A stretch of DNA of 64,000 bases. Source: a virus. A program made the position numbers and the translations under genes. Positions within the stretch are counted from its first letter, which is position 1; every line of letters begins with the position of its first letter. Below the pieces are notes generated by a model. That model worked only from the letters and a program-made list of their open reading frames with translations, ran no database searches and was not told the DNA's origin. The stretch is taken from the IMG/VR virus record IMGVR_UViG_3300028571_000009, one strand, 5' to 3'. Of the stretch, positions 48,137-57,769 are shown in pieces.

Positions 48137-48880
48137 ATGAAAGTAAAAATAGCGTGGTCGGAATCAAAAGCTTTACAATTTTTAAATTGGTACATAGCTT
48201 CATTTTCTAATCTCAAACACCTACACGAGATTGATGATAAGTTCCTTCTGTACTTATGGCAAGAGTCACTTAAAGATAACAAAATATGCTATTTCTTCCT
48301 TACAGAGCTTTACAAGGCCGATGCAAATAACATTAAATTCATTATCAAATCAACCAAACAAATTGTATTATCTGAAAATGTTAAATGTGTCGGATACTTT
48401 GACTCGGCCGTGTCGCCGGCAGTATTAGCTAGTACAGTTGGTTATGGCGACGAGTCACATTGGCTAAGTATTCTAGTGCATGAAACGTGTCATATGGACC
48501 AATTTCTAGAAGACCCGATTTTATGGAAAGAATACGATAGATGTATCGATATAGACGATTGGTTATCCGGTAAGCGTGAATCTAAATTTGATGTTGAACA
48601 CGCTATTGATAAGACACAGAAATTAGAGCTTGACTGTGAACGCCGCGCGGTGAGAAAACTTAAGAAGTTTAACCTACCGATTGATACTGATGAATATATT
48701 CAGAAGGCCAACTCATATGTATTCTTTCATCAATATCTTAAGACATCGAGAATATGGCCGGTGCCGGGTAAGCTATACAATAAACGCCTATACTCAAAGC
48801 TACCTACCACATTTCTAAACGATGATGCTTATACAACACTGCCTGATGAATTTAGGACGTTGTTCGATAAATACTTATAA
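48137..48880 (+). CDS. HExxH zinc metallopeptidase-like protein
   Basis: LVHETCH...ELDCE. Confidence 0.55.
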   Translation: MKVKIAWSESKALQFLNWYIASFSNLKHLHEIDDKFLLYLWQESLKDNKICYFFLTELYKADANNIKFIIKSTKQIVLSENVKCVGYFDSAVSPAVLASTVGYGDESHWLSILVHETCHMDQFLEDPILWKEYDRCIDIDDWLSGKRESKFDVEHAIDKTQKLELDCERRAVRKLKKFNLPIDTDEYIQKANSYVFFHQYLKTSRIWPVPGKLYNKRLYSKLPTTFLNDDAYTTLPDEFRTLFDKYL

Positions 48881-49233
48881 TGTTTGTAATACAAGAATAT
48901 AGACTTAATACTGTTACGACAGGTGTAACACATTTGTCGCCATCATTCGGTACATTCGATGTGTATGTTCTATTGGAAGAAGATAACTTAGAAAAATGGG
49001 TGTCAATACCACACGAGCTATTCTTTGAATACATTAAAGTTAGTAATAGTTCATTACATTCGTATGTAGAGTCAAACAACTTCGATACTTGGGAATTAGC
49101 TATTGATAATTTAGATGGTCTAGGTTATGATTTTGGGGAAGCACTCCTTAAGTATATAGAAGTATCATATAGCAAATTTGTATTCAGGTCTATGACCGAT
49201 TATGACCCCGACTTTGAAGTAACATGTTATTAA
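48880..49233 (+). CDS. hypothetical acidic protein
   Basis: TAATG-coupled. Confidence 0.55.
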   Translation: MFVIQEYRLNTVTTGVTHLSPSFGTFDVYVLLEEDNLEKWVSIPHELFFEYIKVSNSSLHSYVESNNFDTWELAIDNLDGLGYDFGEALLKYIEVSYSKFVFRSMTDYDPDFEVTCY

Positions 49234-49240
49234 ATTTACT

Positions 49241-49816
49241 ATGGCCATTAAAGGACAACCACCATTAAACCTTTCAGAATCACAGATAAAATATGCACTG
49301 GAGAATACTAATTCTATTCGACAGGCCGCGGCATGGTTACACGTTAATTACTTGACGTTTAAAAAGTATGCCAGGTTATATATTGACCCGGCTACAGGTA
49401 AGAGTCTATTCGCCTTGCACCTGAGTGAGAAAGCTAAGAAAGCATGGGAAACTAGATTGAATCCACAGCTTAAAGACCCGACGTCGAAAGTTCGACCGAT
49501 GACAATGTGGAAAAAAGCTACCCTTGAAGATATCTTCGCGGGCAAGCATCCAAATTATAGTCGTAAGATTCTAGTTACTCGAATGATTCATGAAGGACTG
49601 ATAGCTGAATGCTGTTCACATTGTGGATATAACACCAGAAGAGAAGTCGACTTTAAAATGCCATTAAAATTGTGGTTCTACAACCACGACCCAAAAGATT
49701 TATCACAAGATAACATTAGATTGTTATGCTTCAATTGCTATTACCTTATAGCAAATCCAAACTATGCACATATCAGTGAATTGGAAGGTGATAAAATGCC
49801 AAAAGCGGGATTCTAG
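49241..49816 (+). CDS. HTH plus degenerate HNH/Zn-finger protein
   Basis: SIRQAAAWLHV HTH; CSHCG...NIRLLCFNC. Confidence 0.6.
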   Translation: MAIKGQPPLNLSESQIKYALENTNSIRQAAAWLHVNYLTFKKYARLYIDPATGKSLFALHLSEKAKKAWETRLNPQLKDPTSKVRPMTMWKKATLEDIFAGKHPNYSRKILVTRMIHEGLIAECCSHCGYNTRREVDFKMPLKLWFYNHDPKDLSQDNIRLLCFNCYYLIANPNYAHISELEGDKMPKAGF

Positions 49817-49822
49817 ACTCGT

Positions 49823-49851
49823 TTGGTTATATCAACAAATTATCTTATCTT
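49823..49851 (+). promoter_or_regulatory. promoter TTGG-N19-TATCTT, ATG 6 nt downstream
   Basis: Family consensus; 44/46 nt identical to the copy at 54545-54590. Confidence 0.65.
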
Positions 49852-49857
49852 AATAAT

Positions 49858-51240
49858 ATGGAAATAAGGGATATATTATTGGAGATTGCTAATGAGTCAT
49901 CTACCAAACGAAAGATGGAAATTCTTTCTAAATACAAAGCAAACCAAACGCTTAAGGATGTATTATATCACGCGAAATCCAAACGGGTCAAATTCTATCT
50001 AAAACAGATACCACCGTATTCATCCGCTAATCAACCCACAATCGATTTACGAACCGCACTTATAGAACTGAAATATCTTACGTCACGCGAATTTACTGGC
50101 GATGAAGCTAGTATGCACTTGGCTGATAACATTCTGTATCCATTAAGCCCGGACGATGCGTATGTGATTGAGCGTATTATTGACAAAGACTTAAAAATTG
50201 GAATGGGCACATCTAATATCAATAAGGTGTTTCCTAAACTAATCGAAGAGACACCTTATATGGGTGCTAAAGCATATGACCCTGAGTTGGTTAAGCTGTT
50301 ATTCGATAAGAAAAATGGCGGTGTAGTTAGTCAGGTTAAAATGGACGGACGCTACTGTAACGCTATTATAGAAGGAGGAACGATTGAATTAGAATCGCGT
50401 AATGGTGAGAAAACTCCACTCGAAGGTCTGTTATTTCTGGAAGAATTAACTGGCTTTCCCGACTGTGTTCTAAACGGTGAATTGACAATTGACAACGTTC
50501 CCAGATTTATTAGTAATGGAATTGTAGCATCATTAGTCAGCATTGGTAAGAAAAAAGTTGAAGGGCTTAATGTTTCAGCAGAAATAGCAAAGTTCGATAG
50601 AAAGCAACCGATGTCGTATCAAGAAGCAATGAAAGCCGTTAGGTTTACCGTGTGGGATACTATTTCAATTGATGAGTACTTCGCAATGTATAGTCCGACA
50701 ACGTATGACGTTCGATTAGCAAATGCCATCAAGTTATGTTTAGGGTGTACAATGGTATCTCCTATAGAAACTAAAATAGTTCACAGTGTTGCGGAAGCAA
50801 TGGCCGATTTTGAGAAAGGATTGCTTAATGGTGAAGAAGGTAGAATTCTTAAAACACTTAATGGTGTATGGAAGGATGGTAAACCTAAAAACCAAGTGAA
50901 ACTGAAAAAGGATATGACAATCGATTTAAAGATTGTAGGATTCAATTATGGTACGGGTAAGAATTCTGAATGGATTTCTTCATTACAAACTATGAGCTCT
51001 GACGGTATTTTAAGAACCGAACCGGGCGGTATTGATGAAGACATGATGGAGTATATCACAGCTAACCAGGGTAAGTTACTTGGTACAATTGTAGAAGTTC
51101 GATGCTCAGGTGTTTGTCAGGATTCAAAAGGTGAATGGTCAACTATGCACCCTAGGTTTGAGAAATTACGTGATGATAAAGATACTGCTAATTCATTGCA
51201 GGAATGTATTGATATTGATAAAGCAACCACTTATTTATGA
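49858..51240 (+). CDS. ATP-dependent DNA ligase
   Basis: KMDGRY (KxDG), LNGEL, EEGRILK, KLKK, HPRFEKLRDDK. Confidence 0.9.
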   Translation: MEIRDILLEIANESSTKRKMEILSKYKANQTLKDVLYHAKSKRVKFYLKQIPPYSSANQPTIDLRTALIELKYLTSREFTGDEASMHLADNILYPLSPDDAYVIERIIDKDLKIGMGTSNINKVFPKLIEETPYMGAKAYDPELVKLLFDKKNGGVVSQVKMDGRYCNAIIEGGTIELESRNGEKTPLEGLLFLEELTGFPDCVLNGELTIDNVPRFISNGIVASLVSIGKKKVEGLNVSAEIAKFDRKQPMSYQEAMKAVRFTVWDTISIDEYFAMYSPTTYDVRLANAIKLCLGCTMVSPIETKIVHSVAEAMADFEKGLLNGEEGRILKTLNGVWKDGKPKNQVKLKKDMTIDLKIVGFNYGTGKNSEWISSLQTMSSDGILRTEPGGIDEDMMEYITANQGKLLGTIVEVRCSGVCQDSKGEWSTMHPRFEKLRDDKDTANSLQECIDIDKATTYL

Positions 51241-51452
51241 AAAGAATAAAAGAATTTGATATTGTACAACTCAGGAAAAAGTATAAGGCAATTAACAATT
51301 GGTTTGAAGACCAAGTGAGTAATGGTGAGATACGAAATGATACTGGAGTACAGTATACTGTTGACGACGATGACGACGAAGAAATGGATAAGGCTCTAAT
51401 TAAATTAGGAGCTAAGTCCGGCGAGACGGTTCTTCTTTGGGTGTCTTGGTAA
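51237..51452 (+). CDS. hypothetical protein
   Basis: ATGA-coupled. Confidence 0.55.
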   Translation: MKRIKEFDIVQLRKKYKAINNWFEDQVSNGEIRNDTGVQYTVDDDDDEEMDKALIKLGAKSGETVLLWVSW

Positions 51453-51466
51453 ATGTAAATAATCGT

Positions 51467-51907
51467 ATGAAAAATAAAAACAATTTATATATGCCAACAG
51501 GATACACAGCTGATATATCAGCTGAGCCATTAGTTATCGTACCACATACCCAGGAATTCGAGAATGTCCCGAACGCTAGAATCAGCTACTGCTATCTTCA
51601 TGGTAAACTAGAAAACGATGCTAGATATGATTGCTTTGGATTCGGCGGGACATTTTCCGGGCGTATTTTGGAAGACACATTTTCCGGGCGTATTTTGGAA
51701 GACGATTCCCGGGACAGTTACATACGCCCGGAAGTACTAAGTGATGGAATATACCCAGCAGTATTTAATAACAAACCTTGTACATTCTATTATTGGAATT
51801 CGCAGGATACATACGGTAGACATCGTGGCCTAGTAGTATATAATGACGATACCGAAGCTGTTGAATATGCGCGCGATAAATTTATAAACAAAGAATCACA
51901 TTTGTAA
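51467..51907 (+). CDS. hypothetical protein with internal 9-aa duplication
   Basis: TFSGRILED twice. Confidence 0.55.
   Translation: MKNKNNLYMPTGYTADISAEPLVIVPHTQEFENVPNARISYCYLHGKLENDARYDCFGFGGTFSGRILEDTFSGRILEDDSRDSYIRPEVLSDGIYPAVFNNKPCTFYYWNSQDTYGRHRGLVVYNDDTEAVEYARDKFINKESHL
51650..51703 (+). repeat. perfect 27-bp tandem duplication
   Basis: ACATTTTCCGGGCGTATTTTGGAAGAC twice. Confidence 0.95.
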
Positions 51908-51942
51908 TACCTTTTGAACATATTTATAGTAAATCTATTTAT

Positions 51943-52230
51943 ATGCGAAAGGTACTTTCATGGCTTAACGGTCTTTTATTAGACGAACGATATACGCCAT
52001 CAGCAAAACGATTTACGGGCATTGTATGTGCATTAACACTGTGTGGTGTCCTGATATATAGTGTATTTACTAAACCACCAGCCGTTCTAGATAGCACTCT
52101 AATAAGCACTATAGGGCTTCTAGCATTTGGCTGTTTAGGACTGTCGTCAGTTGATAAATTCACAGCCGGGAAATCAGAAGTAGCGAAAGCGATGGCCGGA
52201 ATAATTACTCCGGAAGAAGAGCCAAAATAA
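51943..52230 (+). CDS. holin-like two-TM membrane protein
   Basis: SAKRF.G, two hydrophobic helices; ATATTTATA upstream. Confidence 0.45.
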   Translation: MRKVLSWLNGLLLDERYTPSAKRFTGIVCALTLCGVLIYSVFTKPPAVLDSTLISTIGLLAFGCLGLSSVDKFTAGKSEVAKAMAGIITPEEEPK

Positions 52231-52250
52231 CTAAAAGTTAAAATCATATT

Positions 52251-53081
52251 ATGAAGATAGAAGCAGTCACTGTATGTGTGAATTACTCGGACTTTCTTGA
52301 ACATTCCATACGATACAATAAAGAACTATTCGATAAATGGGTGGTAGTAACCGATAACAAGGACACAAAAACGAAGGAACTTTGTGACCGCACCGGAGTG
52401 ATGTGTGTCCAGACCGACGAATTTTACCGCGACGGTTCTACCTTTGCAAAATACCGTGGCATTAATGAAGGTCTTAAGCATCTGGATAAGGATGGTTGGA
52501 TTGTGTTTATGGATGGAGATATTCTATTATCACCATTAACTCGTAGAGTATTCGAAAGAAAGGAGTTACAAAAACATAAAATGTATGGCATTGATAGGTT
52601 GAACTGCAAAGGGTATGAACGATTCGTACAATTTGAGCAGAGTAACCCGGTGATTATTGATAATTGGTTACTACATGGTGCTGGTTTAGAGTTCGGAGCA
52701 AGAATTGTTCATATATATGGTGATGAATCTGAGAATGGTAGATTTACCGGTTGGAAACCGCTAGGATTCTTTCAGATGATTCATTCAAGTAAACTAGTAG
52801 ACTACCCGGACCATTCACCTAATGCATCACGTGGTGATTTAGAATTTACTAAGCTATGGCGCATGGAAGACCGGGAACTCATTCCGGAGATAATCGGCGT
52901 ACACATTTATACAGAAGATTATAAGGGGCAGAATTGGGGCAGTCGCCAATCTAAACCATTTACATACGAAACACCGCAACCGTATCTCAAACGGTTATAT
53001 GATAAAACAGGCATACGGTTAAATAGATACAAATATTGGCTTCATATGTTTATTATTCACGTCATTCGTACGCTGAGATAA
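52251..53081 (+). CDS. GT-A/GT2-like glycosyltransferase
   Basis: VCVNYSDFL, KYRGIN.G, MDGD, GFFQ, GDLEF. Confidence 0.7.
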   Translation: MKIEAVTVCVNYSDFLEHSIRYNKELFDKWVVVTDNKDTKTKELCDRTGVMCVQTDEFYRDGSTFAKYRGINEGLKHLDKDGWIVFMDGDILLSPLTRRVFERKELQKHKMYGIDRLNCKGYERFVQFEQSNPVIIDNWLLHGAGLEFGARIVHIYGDESENGRFTGWKPLGFFQMIHSSKLVDYPDHSPNASRGDLEFTKLWRMEDRELIPEIIGVHIYTEDYKGQNWGSRQSKPFTYETPQPYLKRLYDKTGIRLNRYKYWLHMFIIHVIRTLR

Positions 53082-53097
53082 CAATCCACTACATCAT

Positions 53098-53126
53098 TTG
53101 GTAATGTCAACTGTATTTCTTATCTT
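53098..53126 (+). promoter_or_regulatory. promoter TTGG-N19-TATCTT, ATG 6 nt downstream
   Basis: Family consensus. Confidence 0.65.
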
Positions 53127-53132
53127 AAGAAT

Positions 53133-53810
53133 ATGAAGACATGGATAATAAGTGACACACACGCACAACATTGGTCATTAAGTTTGCCAAAAGAACCAAT
53201 AGAAACTGTAATACATGCTGGAGATTCTACAAATTACAGAGATTTATTTAATAATCAACCAGAATTTGAAAAATTTATAGAATGGTTTGGTGGGTTATCT
53301 ATTAAGAATAAAGTATTAATAGCAGGTAATCATGATACATGGGCTTTAAAAAAGTATAATGTAGATAGAATTAAAGAATTAGGAATTCATTATTTAGAAC
53401 ATGAATATGTGGAATTAGAAGGAAGACTCATATTTGGAAGTCCTTACACCCCTACATTTGGTCAATGGCATTTTATGAAAGATAGAAGTAAACTATCACA
53501 ATATTGGGAAGCTTTAACAGATAAAATTGATGTTTTAGTAACACATGGAGCACCTAAAGGAATATTAGACCTATCCCATAATAGAGAACATAATCTTGAA
53601 TATTGTGGAGATGGGGCATTAACTAAAGCTGTATTTAAATTTCAGCCTAAATTTCATGTATTTGGACATATTCATGATTCAGATGGCTGTTTTAATTCAG
53701 GGATTACTAAATTATCAGGGAGAGAAACAACATTTATTAATGCTTCTTGTGTAACAGATGGTAAATTTAATCAAGGTTGTAGTAGTCATGGTCAAATAAT
53801 AGAAATTTAA
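53133..53810 (+). CDS. metallophosphoesterase (MPPED-like)
   Basis: SDTH, HAGD, AGNHD, THG, GHIH. Confidence 0.85.
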   Translation: MKTWIISDTHAQHWSLSLPKEPIETVIHAGDSTNYRDLFNNQPEFEKFIEWFGGLSIKNKVLIAGNHDTWALKKYNVDRIKELGIHYLEHEYVELEGRLIFGSPYTPTFGQWHFMKDRSKLSQYWEALTDKIDVLVTHGAPKGILDLSHNREHNLEYCGDGALTKAVFKFQPKFHVFGHIHDSDGCFNSGITKLSGRETTFINASCVTDGKFNQGCSSHGQIIEI

Positions 53811-53902
53811 TTAAACAATGGTATGGTTTGATATAGGCAACGCGGAGCGTGTAGTATATATACAAAAAGCAATAGAAGAAGTAAGGGCATTAATATAGTA
53901 TT

Positions 53903-54238
53903 ATGGTAAATAAATACGATACCGAGTTTGTCCGAAGGCAGCTGTATGATATACACTTCAAATTAAACGGTTCATCATATGAAGAGTCGTCCGGGGCATT
54001 AAATATGATGATAAAAGAATTGAATGAACAGTCTATAGCAATAGATAAGTTTAAAGAAGAGTATAAGAAGAATCATAAGATGTGTCCAAAGTGTAATACA
54101 TTACAGCATAGTACAACATTAGTAGCATACGTACTAGATATGGATAAGAAGGAAGAGTATAAGAACCTGAATAAGTGTGTATGCACTAACTGTGGTAATA
54201 TACATACGACACATGACAGAGTAGCAGAATTGCAATAA
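53903..54238 (+). CDS. Zn-ribbon hypothetical protein
   Basis: CPKC...CTNC. Confidence 0.55.
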   Translation: MVNKYDTEFVRRQLYDIHFKLNGSSYEESSGALNMMIKELNEQSIAIDKFKEEYKKNHKMCPKCNTLQHSTTLVAYVLDMDKKEEYKNLNKCVCTNCGNIHTTHDRVAELQ

Positions 54239-54462
54239 ATAATATATTATATCACATTAAATAATATAGTGTGATTCTACCTAAGACAACCATATAGGTA
54301 TTTGTTTACAGAAGAGATAATCTTATACCCAATATTGGAAGATGGGTGTATAATGCTTTCTAAAGAGCAATACCTAATTAGCTTAAGATTAAAAGGAATA
54401 TAATACCGGAGCCTAAAAGAATGGTAATGTATGTATACGCCCCATACCGAAGAAATATGAAG

Positions 54463-54492
54463 AAGTATCGCCAAGTATCACCAAGTATCACC
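54463..54492 (+). repeat. 3 x 10-bp tandem repeat AAGTATCRCC
   Basis: Directly visible. Confidence 0.9.
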
Positions 54493-54553
54493 AGCTGACT
54501 GTCTGCATGTCTCACCCGCTCATAACTTTATTCTCTGCAGGTTTTAGACTCGT

Positions 54554-54582
54554 TTGGTAATATCAACAAATTATCGTATCTT
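54554..54582 (+). promoter_or_regulatory. promoter TTGG-N19-TATCTT with no ATG behind it
   Basis: Near-identical to the ligase promoter. Confidence 0.55.
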
Positions 54583-54956
54583 AATAATATAAAAGAAAAA
54601 TAGAAATATTTGTTTAAGAATCAAGGTTCTGATAATACTTATTGGCATGTTAATGTCGTAATCAATAATACAGTGTATCGTATATTGCATACTTTTGATT
54701 ATCCCGGCTTTGTAGGTGCACATTATAATAAGTAATGAGCTAGACCCGGATGGTAATTGGTGTGATAAAACATGCCAGAGTTTCCGGAATAAAGTTCAGC
54801 ACTTCCTAGTACGGAAGTTATAAAATAAGCACTTATAAGGAAGTATTGCCCGGAATTAGTTTTGGGCAATACACCCATGTTTCGGCAATAAACATGCTCG
54901 AGTTTCCGGTTTGCTTCATTTTGAATATTTTGAGAAAAAAACTAGCTCAAAGGCTC

Positions 54957-55075
54957 GCGCTACCAAGAGCCGCAGGAATTTTTAGCACGATACTCTAAGT
55001 GTCGCCCGTGGGTAAAAAAAGTCGACCTGCTAGAAATATCAAAAGAGCTATAATCTTGGCCACTCTTGGTAGCGC
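54957..55075. repeat. 13-bp perfect inverted repeat GCGCTACCAAGAG / CTCTTGGTAGCGC
   Basis: 54957-54969 and 55063-55075. Confidence 0.9.
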
Positions 55076-55107
55076 TAAGTATTGCACTACCCGGGTTTGG
55101 TAAAATA

Positions 55108-55143
55108 TTGATAATCAAGGGGGTATAACTAATTGATAATCAA
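55108..55143. promoter_or_regulatory. paired TTGATAATCAA boxes
   Basis: 55108-55118 and ATAACTAATTGATAATCAA 55125-55143. Confidence 0.7.
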
Positions 55144-55175
55144 GGGCGTTATTTTCTAGATTTCTTACATATTCC

Positions 55176-55204
55176 TTGGTCAATCGGGCACGAATCCTTA
55201 TCTT
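55176..55204 (+). promoter_or_regulatory. promoter TTGG-N19-TATCTT
   Basis: Family consensus. Confidence 0.65.
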
Positions 55205-55233
55205 AATAATATGAGAAATAAACCATACAATAT

Positions 55234-55854
55234 ATGTTAAGTAAAAAGAGCAAAGCTCAGCTTGAGCAAGTTAAGAAGTATATTCTGGATAATCACGTAA
55301 CCAGCTTTCAAACCCGCACGGCGCTAGACCGATTGATTGAGAGAATTAAGTTTCCGCGTGTTCGTAAGCTGGAAGAGATGTACGGGACTATAAACCGAAC
55401 ATATTATAAGAATCAGCAATATGACCCGATTCGTAACGAGTTGGTTGATAGTGGATTCTTGAGTATGAAGCGTGTTGGTAACCGATGTGAGTTTACTGTT
55501 ATAGGTGGGAAAGAGCGTGAAGCGTTTAATAAATTTATGGGGTTTCCGGTTGAGGCGTTTACAAATCTCGCAAATATCGTGTCGAGATTACCGATGCTAC
55601 CCACCAAAGATACTAGTATGCAATTTGCAGAACCGGCTAAACCTAATGGTGGTGATTCACCGGACTATGATTACTTATTACAGAAAGTAGCGTCTCTGAG
55701 ATGTAGTAATACCGCGTTACAGAAAGAAAACGAGAGACTTCAAGCTGCTGCGGCCGACCCTTCTGTGTTACCGTTTGTACTAGCAATTACTGGAGTATCA
55801 ATATTAGCGATTACCGCCATAATAGTCATTGGGTTAATGGCCTCGCATAACTAA
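55234..55854 (+). CDS. hypothetical protein, coiled coil plus C-terminal TM
   Basis: ORF track; hydrophobic C-terminus. Confidence 0.6.
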   Translation: MLSKKSKAQLEQVKKYILDNHVTSFQTRTALDRLIERIKFPRVRKLEEMYGTINRTYYKNQQYDPIRNELVDSGFLSMKRVGNRCEFTVIGGKEREAFNKFMGFPVEAFTNLANIVSRLPMLPTKDTSMQFAEPAKPNGGDSPDYDYLLQKVASLRCSNTALQKENERLQAAAADPSVLPFVLAITGVSILAITAIIVIGLMASHN

Positions 55855-55865
55855 TTGATTATCAA
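55847..55865. promoter_or_regulatory. box ATAACTAATTGATTATCAA
   Basis: Repeat family member, 22 nt upstream of promoter 55888-55916. Confidence 0.7.
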
Positions 55866-55922
55866 AGGGATAAAATTTCATATGTCCTTGTTCGTTTGAA
55901 CTATAATCCTTATCTTAATAAT

Positions 55923-56222
55923 ATGAGAAAAATAGATGTAAAAAAGAATGTGGAATTCGCCCTCGATGAACAATATATTCCCGGGTATATTATGGTTACC
56001 GACCTAATAGAATTCCTTAAAGAGAATGACCATTATCAGGCTTTGACTATGTTTGAAGATGATGTGAACGTTCGATGGGTGCTACCGATAGCGATGCCCG
56101 GACCGGGTTCGCCTGTATGTGTTCCTTTGGCATATGTACAATCACTGTTTATTATAGAGATACACGGTGCTTATGAAGCCTTTGAATTATTAATATCTAA
56201 ATATACAATATATGGCAAGTAA
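55923..56222 (+). CDS. hypothetical protein
   Basis: ATG 6 nt behind TATCTT. Confidence 0.6.
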   Translation: MRKIDVKKNVEFALDEQYIPGYIMVTDLIEFLKENDHYQALTMFEDDVNVRWVLPIAMPGPGSPVCVPLAYVQSLFIIEIHGAYEAFELLISKYTIYGK

Positions 56223-56502
56223 ACTATTGAAAATCACTCGAAAAGAGTATAAAGAGCTTTTGCCCGTGATGATTAAAATCAGGGAACGTTTTGTTAAGGC
56301 TACAGGTTGTGATTACTGTAAGGTATTCACCCACCGAAACTGTGATGGTGGTAGAACAAAGCTATGGTTGCATCGCGGTAAGCAAACGTGTAAATTGCCC
56401 GCTACGGTAACTGTTGGGAAGTATGTATACTCAGTAGAGAAATATACCATGGGTGGTATGTATGGACACGATATTGCAATTCTTTTTAAAAGAATCGCAT
56501 AA
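56212..56502 (+). CDS. hypothetical protein
   Basis: Stop lies in the repeat box. Confidence 0.55.
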   Translation: MASKLLKITRKEYKELLPVMIKIRERFVKATGCDYCKVFTHRNCDGGRTKLWLHRGKQTCKLPATVTVGKYVYSVEKYTMGGMYGHDIAILFKRIA

Positions 56503-56517
56503 CTGCTTGATAATCAA
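56499..56517. promoter_or_regulatory. box ATAACTGCTTGATAATCAA
   Basis: 33 nt upstream of promoter 56551-56579. Confidence 0.7.
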
Positions 56518-56627
56518 TACCGTTCATTTGGAAGAAAGTTTGCGAATTCCTTGTATATATGAGCGTCTTATCTTATCTTTAAGTATAAGGGTTAGATATT
56601 TAACCAAAACATAAAAATTAATAAAAA

Positions 56628-56828
56628 ATGGCAAAATTAAACGAAAACATTAATTACGGACAAATGGTATTGGATTCAATTGACCAGTTGAATGGGGCTA
56701 AGAAAATCAGCGCTACCTATATCCAAACAGAAGCAAAAGAAAACTTCGGTGAAGAATTCAACCAAAAAGAAATGGAAGAATTAACAAGATTATTTCTAGA
56801 GCAAGGTGTTATAGTTATAACTAATTGA
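56628..56828 (+). CDS. hypothetical protein
   Basis: Cassette gene ending VITN* in the repeat box. Confidence 0.6.
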   Translation: MAKLNENINYGQMVLDSIDQLNGAKKISATYIQTEAKENFGEEFNQKEMEELTRLFLEQGVIVITN

Positions 56829-56835
56829 TAATCAA
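56817..56835. promoter_or_regulatory. box ATAACTAATTGATAATCAA
   Basis: 32 nt upstream of promoter 56868-56896. Confidence 0.7.
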
Positions 56836-56944
56836 TACCATTCATTTGGAGAAAGTTTCCAAATAACTTGTATTTTTCACCCTGAATCCTTATCTTTAAG
56901 TATAAGGGTTAGATATTTAACCAAAACATAAAAATTAATAAAAA

Positions 56945-57277
56945 ATGGCAAAAGGAAGCACTAGGACCAAGTCGGAGAAACAAGATGCAATAATGGGACA
57001 GTTTGATGCGGTTATCCGTTCAGCAAACAGAAGTGGGTCATTTAACCAGAATGAGTCAGTAGCTCAACGCGAAGACCGTTTGCTTAAGGAATCCATTTCG
57101 TATCATAAGGCCTTTGAAAGTAAGGAAGCGGCGATTGCTAAATTCGACCGCGAGAATAAGCCGGAATTTGCTTTCCGTGGTATTGACCCAGTAGCCGGGT
57201 TAGAGATGTATAAAAAGCTTAACGCTGAATATAGCTCGAAACGCAAGACTTTTATTGCTTCATTTGATAAAAAGTAA
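56945..57277 (+). CDS. hypothetical protein
   Basis: Cassette gene. Confidence 0.6.
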   Translation: MAKGSTRTKSEKQDAIMGQFDAVIRSANRSGSFNQNESVAQREDRLLKESISYHKAFESKEAAIAKFDRENKPEFAFRGIDPVAGLEMYKKLNAEYSSKRKTFIASFDKK

Positions 57278-57354
57278 GATATGTTTAAAATTGGAAATTA
57301 TGAGCCGGAGGAACTAATCCTTCTATTTTTAGTCTTTATAACCCTTTGTTCACT

Positions 57355-57594
57355 ATGATAACGACAAAAAGACCTACCCCGAAAAGGGCGTATGAAATTG
57401 CCCTATTTGGCCCGCAAGGAAATGCTTATTATATCATGGGGGTCGCTGAGAGTATAATGAAACAGATTAACCGGGAAATTCCTGGTAGATATGATTCAGA
57501 AGCTATTATAGCTGAGATGACATCAGGTGATTATGAAAACCTGGTAGCCGTTATGGAAAAGCATTTCGGAGATTATGTAATAATGTATAGATAA
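57355..57594 (+). CDS. small phage hypothetical protein (GPQGNAY motif)
   Basis: ATG 57355; M.SGDYENL. Confidence 0.6.
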   Translation: MITTKRPTPKRAYEIALFGPQGNAYYIMGVAESIMKQINREIPGRYDSEAIIAEMTSGDYENLVAVMEKHFGDYVIMYR

Positions 57595-57598
57595 TACT

Positions 57599-57769
57599 AT
57601 GAGCGCAGAAAAAGAAGAACTTTATAAGACAATTATTGCTGACGCTAAACAGCTCGGCGCGACTACCACTGATGACCTGAGGGATATCATAGGTAATCTA
57701 CCAGGAGACCCGGATATTACTGGGGCCGACTTTGAGATATTACGTAAAATGTTAAAGATTAAAAACTAA
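57599..57769 (+). CDS. hypothetical protein, 56 aa (not in ORF track)
   Basis: MSAEKEELY...; TAATG-coupled to next gene. Confidence 0.55.
   Translation: MSAEKEELYKTIIADAKQLGATTTDDLRDIIGNLPGDPDITGADFEILRKMLKIKN

Larger units (their letters stand above)
56572..56953 (+). repeat. 65-bp perfect direct repeat (56572-56636 and 56889-56953)
   Basis: Contains the -10 element, leader and ATGGCAAAA. Confidence 0.95.
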
